A DNA stretch of 39,755 bases from Minisyncoccota bacterium (GTDB lineage: Bacteria > Patescibacteriota > Minisyncoccia > Phycocordibacterales > JAACPR01), in assembly GCA_032117135.1 (NCBI GenBank), contig JAULZV010000012.1, forward strand, positions 1 through 39,755, given 5' to 3'. Under the pieces are notes generated by a model. The model worked only from the letters and a program-made list of their open reading frames with translations, did not search any database and was not told where the DNA came from. Position numbers and translations under genes: made by a program. Of this stretch, positions 36,646 to 39,755 are shown piece by piece (the first letter of the stretch is position 1; every line of letters begins with the position of its first letter).

Positions 36646-37959
36646 ATGGAAACCCAATACATAAGCAACTTCGGAGTTAGAACTGAAGTGCCTCAAATAA
36701 AGGTGAAATACGTCCTCTACGCTCGAAAAAGTACCGAGACCGAAGAACGCCAAGTATTATCAATTGACTCACAAGTAAAGGAAATGCTCCAGATAGCAGA
36801 GAAGGAAAACATGGAGATTATAGATATTAGAAGAGAATCACATTCAGCAAAGGATTCAGGACAAAGACCAGTATTTAAAGAGATACTCTCTGACATAGAT
36901 ATGGGTAGATACAACGGAATACTCACATGGGCACCTGACAGGTTATCAAGAAATGCAGGAGATCTTGGTTCACTTGTTGATCTCATGGATCAAGCAAAAC
37001 TGCAAGAGATAAAAACATATGGGCAGACATTCAAGAACTCTCCCAATGAGAAGTTTCTCTTAATGATTCTCTGTTCTCAAGCAAAGTTAGAGAATGATAA
37101 CAAAAGTATAAATGTTAAAAGAGGTTTAAGGACAAGGGTTGAAATGGGATTATGGCCAGGACCTGCTCCAACTGGATATCTCAAAGAAAAACGAAGTGAC
37201 AGGAAGTGCGAGACATACATAGACCCAGAGAAAGGCCATGTGATCAAGAAGATGTTTGAAAAGGTTGCATATGAGAAATGGAGCGGAAAGAAAGTATATA
37301 ACTGGTTGAAGTTTGATCTCAACTTCAGAAGTGCATACGGAAAGAAACATTTGAGTCTCGGAAATATATTCAGAAGTCTAAGCAACCCATTCTATTATGG
37401 AGAGTTTGAATATCCTCGAAATAGCGGGAACTGGTACAAAGGAAAACATGAACCACTCATAACAAAGGAATTATATGACATGGTGCAGGCACAGGTGAAG
37501 AGCAATACACTTAGAATCGAGAACAAGGAATTTGCATTCACCAAACTCATGACTTGCGGGCTGTGTTCATCTGCAATATCAGCAGATGAGAAGTTTAAGA
37601 AATTAAAGAATGGAACATCAAACAGACATGTGTATTACAAGTGTGCCAAGTCAAAGGATCACAATTGCACAAATCCTCCTATTAATGAAACTGACTTGAT
37701 TAAGCAGTTTGAAAAATTGATTGATGACATGAAAGTGAATGAGTTAAAAGTACGAGACAAGATTAAGGATGAGATACTCAGATTCAAGAAGTTCAACACT
37801 TCTCTCCTTGGGAAAAGTACTACTATTCAGATTGAAGATATTGATATCAAGAATTATGTAAAGTTTATTTTGAAGGATGGAGAGATGCAGGAGAAGCGGG
37901 ATATATTGGAGAATATTTCGGAGAGGATTTTATTGAAAGATAAAAACTTATTTATCTGA
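36646..37959 (+). CDS. large serine recombinase (resolvase, recombinase and Zn-ribbon domains)
   Basis: YARKS catalytic motif, SIDSQ, ESHSAK..RPVF, DRLSRN, APTGY, NPFYYG, HEPLIT, CGLC...YYKC. Confidence 0.93.
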   Translation: METQYISNFGVRTEVPQIKVKYVLYARKSTETEERQVLSIDSQVKEMLQIAEKENMEIIDIRRESHSAKDSGQRPVFKEILSDIDMGRYNGILTWAPDRLSRNAGDLGSLVDLMDQAKLQEIKTYGQTFKNSPNEKFLLMILCSQAKLENDNKSINVKRGLRTRVEMGLWPGPAPTGYLKEKRSDRKCETYIDPEKGHVIKKMFEKVAYEKWSGKKVYNWLKFDLNFRSAYGKKHLSLGNIFRSLSNPFYYGEFEYPRNSGNWYKGKHEPLITKELYDMVQAQVKSNTLRIENKEFAFTKLMTCGLCSSAISADEKFKKLKNGTSNRHVYYKCAKSKDHNCTNPPINETDLIKQFEKLIDDMKVNELKVRDKIKDEILRFKKFNTSLLGKSTTIQIEDIDIKNYVKFILKDGEMQEKRDILENISERILLKDKNLFI

Positions 37960-38997
37960 TAATAGCTTTTCACAAATCTTCTTAGAACAACAATGCTTTA
38001 ATCTGCCGAGATAAGATTGAAGTATCTGATTATATTGATGAGGTGAAATCAGCTCTTTTTCTAATTTTATTCGAGCTATTTTCATTTTGGAGATTATCCG
38101 CCTTTTTGTTTTAGTTCTAATAACAGAGTGATACGGAAAATGAACAAATCCTAAAAAATCTATACCTTCATGCCATTTTACAAAAGATACTTTACTTGGA
38201 TGTAAATTCAACTTTAGTTCTGTTTTCAAAAAATAATCAATTTTATCAAGAATATTTTCTAGATATTGTCTATCGTCCGACAGAGCAACAAAATCATCAG
38301 CATATCTTATATAATGTTTTACACCCAAGTTTCTCTTTATAAAATTATCGAGAGGATTCATATATACATTAGAAAATAATTGCGAAGTCAAATTTCCAAG
38401 TGGTATTCCCTTATCTGGTTGTGATTGAAAACTTTTAATAATCTGAATTAAAAGTTTTGTTACTTTTTCATCTTTTATCTTTTGCAATAAAAGACCAATT
38501 AAAATATCATGATCAACTGAATCAAAAAACTTTCTTATATCACACTTAAGTATCCAAACAGTCTTAGTATTTTGACAGGATATCTTCCAAGCAAATTTTC
38601 GAAATCTCTTTCCTGCTTCATATGTACCTTTGTTTTTCCTAGATGAGTATGAATCAAAAATAAATCCTTTATCAAAAATTGGTTCAATAATTCTAACAAG
38701 AGCATGGTGAAAAACTCTATCAATTACTTTAGCCTTATGGATACTTCTTAATTTTGGGTCATGAACATAAAATGCGGTATACTTATCGTGTTTATATTGG
38801 TCAGATTTTAAAAGATGATGAAGATTAAATAATTCCTCTTCGAGAGAAACAGCAAAAGAACTTACATCGTTCTTTTTTATTTTATCTCTTTTAAATTCTG
38901 ACCAAGCGGTAAATAAATTAGAAACGGAAATTATTTTAATAAATAAATCATGACCATTAAAGATAACACCCCCCCCCCCCCCGCGATTCTCTAGCAA
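37948..38997 (-). CDS. DGR reverse transcriptase
   Basis: DPKLRSIH, DRVFHHA, FIFDSYSSRKNKGT, LKCDIRKFFDSVDH, GIPLGNLTSQ (SQ, DGR-type), YIRYADDF, GIDFLG; about 350 aa with no endonuclease domain. True start may be ATG 39010 via the G-tract. Confidence 0.93.
   Translation of the reverse strand: MLENRGGGGGVIFNGHDLFIKIISVSNLFTAWSEFKRDKIKKNDVSSFAVSLEEELFNLHHLLKSDQYKHDKYTAFYVHDPKLRSIHKAKVIDRVFHHALVRIIEPIFDKGFIFDSYSSRKNKGTYEAGKRFRKFAWKISCQNTKTVWILKCDIRKFFDSVDHDILIGLLLQKIKDEKVTKLLIQIIKSFQSQPDKGIPLGNLTSQLFSNVYMNPLDNFIKRNLGVKHYIRYADDFVALSDDRQYLENILDKIDYFLKTELKLNLHPSKVSFVKWHEGIDFLGFVHFPYHSVIRTKTKRRIISKMKIARIKLEKELISPHQYNQILQSYLGRLKHCCSKKICEKLLSDK
38969..38982. repeat. C14/G14 homopolymer shared by the 5' ends of RT and avd
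   Basis: 14 consecutive C in a very AT-rich region. Confidence 0.9.
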
Positions 38998-39013
38998 TTC
39001 GATTGTTCATAAA

Positions 39014-39331
39014 GTGTATGAATTATATATAGTTTTTTATAGTTATAGCAAATTATTTCCAAAGAGAGATAGATTTGCCTTAGTTGCAAGAATAGAAAGT
39101 AATATTCTAGAACTTTTAGAATTACTTTTATTGGCTCAAACTAAAGAAAAGTCTAGTAGAATTCTTATACTTAACAAAGCAGATTTAAAGATATTGACAA
39201 TAAAATTATTTGTACGTATGTCATACGAAATTAAAGCAATTGATCAAAACAAATATATCAAGTTGGAAGAAAAAATTATTGAAATAGGAAAAATGACTGG
39301 TGGTTGGATTAAATACACAAAAACTGCTTGA
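39014..39331 (+). CDS. avd: Avd-like four-helix-bundle DGR accessory protein
   Basis: (SIVHKV)YELY...LFPKRDRFAL..RIE...LNKAD....IKLFVRMSYEIK.I...Y......IEIGKMTGGWIK; the EIG.M.GGW signature. The frame stays open upstream to 38954. Confidence 0.88.
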   Translation: MYELYIVFYSYSKLFPKRDRFALVARIESNILELLELLLLAQTKEKSSRILILNKADLKILTIKLFVRMSYEIKAIDQNKYIKLEEKIIEIGKMTGGWIKYTKTA

Positions 39332-39351
39332 AATTTATCAAGCAGTTTTTG
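39318..39351. terminator. 14-bp perfect inverted repeat between the avd stop and the TR 3' end
   Basis: CAAAAACTGCTTGA-aattta-TCAAGCAGTTTTTG, T-rich on both strands. Confidence 0.7.
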
Positions 39352-39354
39352 AAC

Positions 39355-39475
39355 ACTTCGAGAGAAACACACGCCCAGATTGGAATTCGCATTGTCTGGA
39401 TTCCTCCTGTTGACATTCGCCCCCTTGGAATCGAAATTACCCAGATTCACGAGGTTACCGTCAGAATCGCGCATT
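39355..39475 (-). ncRNA. DGR template repeat (TR), ends approximate
   Basis: Reads DSDGNLVNLGNFDSKGANVNRRNPDNANSNLGVCFSRS with nine AAY codons; 22 bp (39359-39380) are identical to 39734-39755. Confidence 0.9.
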
Positions 39476-39668
39476 GTTTCTTATATATTTCCATCCATAC
39501 CACCAAACACTTCGTTTATATAAAAGGTTGTGTTTGTTTTGTTACTAAAACGCATGCACTCCGTTGCCATAAAATACCCGCATTCAGAAATATATAGGCA
39601 GTGTAATTGGCGACCGTAATCCGTAAACTACGATTCATTAGCCAACTAATATCTTATCATACGAAAAA

Positions 39669-39693
39669 GTCCTCTCCCTAAACGGTCGAGGAC
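39669..39693 (-). promoter_or_regulatory. hairpin downstream of the VR (candidate target-recognition stem-loop or terminator)
   Basis: Minus strand GTCCTC-GA-CC-GTTTA-GG-GA-GAGGAC followed by TTTTT, 33 nt after the target stop codon. Confidence 0.5.
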
Positions 39694-39726
39694 AATTCAA
39701 GTTTTCAATATTCAAATTCCAATATT

Positions 39727-39755
39727 TCATCTGCGAGAGAAACACACGCCCAGAT
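39727..39755 (-). CDS. 3' end of DGR target gene / variable repeat (rest lies beyond the window)
   Basis: Minus strand ..AT CTG GGC GTG TGT TTC TCT CGC AGA TGA (LGVCFSRR*) matches the TR end; only 29 nt visible. Confidence 0.75.

Noticed and set aside
37948-38997. RT as a group II intron, retron or CRISPR-associated RT
   Set aside because: SQ motif, short length, adjacent Avd and a TR/VR pair indicate a DGR; no intron domain V, VTG motif or cas genes seen.
39244-39474. 76-aa ORF MRDSDGNLVN... as a protein gene
   Set aside because: It is the TR read in frame (AAY-rich) running into antisense avd; TRs normally act as RNA templates.
1-39755. Alternative genetic code (TGA=Gly, as in Gracilibacteria)
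   Set aside because: Conserved genes translate full length in code 11, and TGA ends several genes (toxin at 1857, pilin, avd, DGR target).

Overview
Low-GC bacterial chromosome segment, most consistent with a Patescibacteria (CPR; Parcubacteria-like) genome using code 11. This is inferred from gene content and style: a degenerate HisRS paralog, short ValRS, short S1, TPR and pilin-like proteins, and many apparently leaderless genes. Positions 1-35,600 are mostly housekeeping: gyrA 5' part, rpsA, pth, lepB, bS21-like, ybeY, ftsA-ftsZ, trxB-like, tsaD, valS, prsW, hsp20, lepA, murJ, tyrS, RNase P RNA and three tRNAs (Glu, Phe, Arg). Among these lie two identical 78-bp terminal-inverted-repeat elements and several long hairpins. 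From about 35,650 an accessory island holds a structured, tRNA-end-like element, a RelE/YafQ-type toxin-antitoxin pair, a large serine recombinase and a diversity-generating retroelement (DGR: RT, Avd-like accessory gene, template repeat, and the last codons of a target gene at the window edge). The most striking observation: the RT and avd genes are head-to-head and their 5' ends appear to overlap across one C14/G14 homopolymer. Shortening it to 13 puts an upstream ATG in frame for both genes at once. This is a candidate single bidirectional phase-variation switch for the hypermutation machinery, or a homopolymer sequencing error. No database searches were run; all family calls come from motif recognition.
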